39,438 nt of DNA from an uncultured archaeon (GTDB taxonomy: Archaea; Asgardarchaeota; Thorarchaeia; Thorarchaeales; Thorarchaeaceae). The translations under genes and the position numbers were made by a program. The notes under the pieces are model-generated. The model was not told where the DNA came from. It worked only from the letters and a program-made list of their open reading frames with translations, and did no database searches. Each line of letters begins with the position of its first letter. Position 1 is the stretch's first letter. Where the stretch lies: assembly GCA_964558645.1 (NCBI GenBank), contig CAZLEV010000025.1, forward strand, positions 1 to 39,438. The letters run 5' to 3'. This document shows, piece by piece, positions 38,763-39,438 of this stretch.

Positions 38763-39438
38763 ATGGGAAAGCGAAAGAGGAGATACATCCCCCATCTTGC
38801 GGAGTTCTATCACGATCCGGACACTTGGACTGCCAAGCAGGCTAAGAGCCTGTTTCGAAAGCGGAAGAGTCCCTTCGGGACCGTGCCGCTTGACTCAGTG
38901 CTCTATGAAGACTGTGTCAGTGGAATGAGATCTCTCAAGAAATCAAGCGTTGATCTAGTGATTGCAGATCCGCCCTTTGGAATAGACTTCGATGGGAAGA
39001 GTAGTGCCTACAACCGGGATGCAGACAATGTGGTAGAGGGATATGAGGAGGTCGAGAGCGATTACTACACGTTCTCCCATACTTGGATGAAAGAGGCCAA
39101 AGATCTCCTCAAGGAGCACGGTTCGATGTACATCTTCAGTGGATGGAACCATCTTGATGATGTCATTAGAGCAACCAAGGACTTAGGCCTTGAAACCATC
39201 AACCATATCATCTGGAAATACAATTTCGGCCTGTTCACGCGTTACAAGTTCGTGACCAGTCATTATCATATCCTTCTAGTGGCTAAGGATAAGGATGAGT
39301 ACTACTTCAACAAGATCAAGCACTATCCCCTTGATGTCTGGGAGCTAAAGCGAGAGTATCAACCAGGGGAGAAGAAGAACGGAACCAAACTGCCAACAAG
39401 ATTGGTTCGAAGGCTCATCAGGTACTCGTCGAAACCAG
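38763..39438 (+). CDS. Site-specific DNA methyltransferase, N4-C/N6-A beta class (partial, runs off window)
   Basis: Not in the track because there is no stop in the window. Translation gives EDCVSGM...SVDLVIADPPFG (motif IV)...NHIIWKY...DVW...TKLPTRLVRRLIRYSSKP. Motif I (FxGxG) is expected just beyond the edge. Confidence 0.92.
   Translation, partial: MGKRKRRYIPHLAEFYHDPDTWTAKQAKSLFRKRKSPFGTVPLDSVLYEDCVSGMRSLKKSSVDLVIADPPFGIDFDGKSSAYNRDADNVVEGYEEVESDYYTFSHTWMKEAKDLLKEHGSMYIFSGWNHLDDVIRATKDLGLETINHIIWKYNFGLFTRYKFVTSHYHILLVAKDKDEYYFNKIKHYPLDVWELKREYQPGEKKNGTKLPTRLVRRLIRYSSKP

Overview
This window is probably archaeal, and an Asgard (Thorarchaeota-like) origin is inferred. Three quarters of it is a single giant minus-strand gene that the ORF track omits because it has no stop codon inside the window. 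The gene starts at ATG 29230 and stays open to the left edge, giving at least 9,743 aa. From the N-terminus the protein reads: signal peptide; prenyltransferase-repeat-like domain; two-helix membrane hairpin; a ~1,300-aa lower-GC, K/R-richer, sequon-poor 'cargo-like' block; then a very long acidic, N-glycosylation-sequon-rich beta stalk. The stalk holds two split GATase1-like domains, a choice-of-anchor-R-like sandwich, ~12 cadherin/Ig-like DDDxxxP repeats, CBM-like and PA14-like sandwiches, and a duplicated triple H-type-lectin-like module. The right quarter is an accessory patch. It encodes membrane proteins, a membrane-anchored beta-propeller, an amber-interrupted CorA-like gene, a TPR protein with an MCM-type winged helix, a DUF3467-like/wHTH pair, gene relics and a partial beta-class DNA methyltransferase. 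All domain calls come from manual translation and motif recognition, not database searches.
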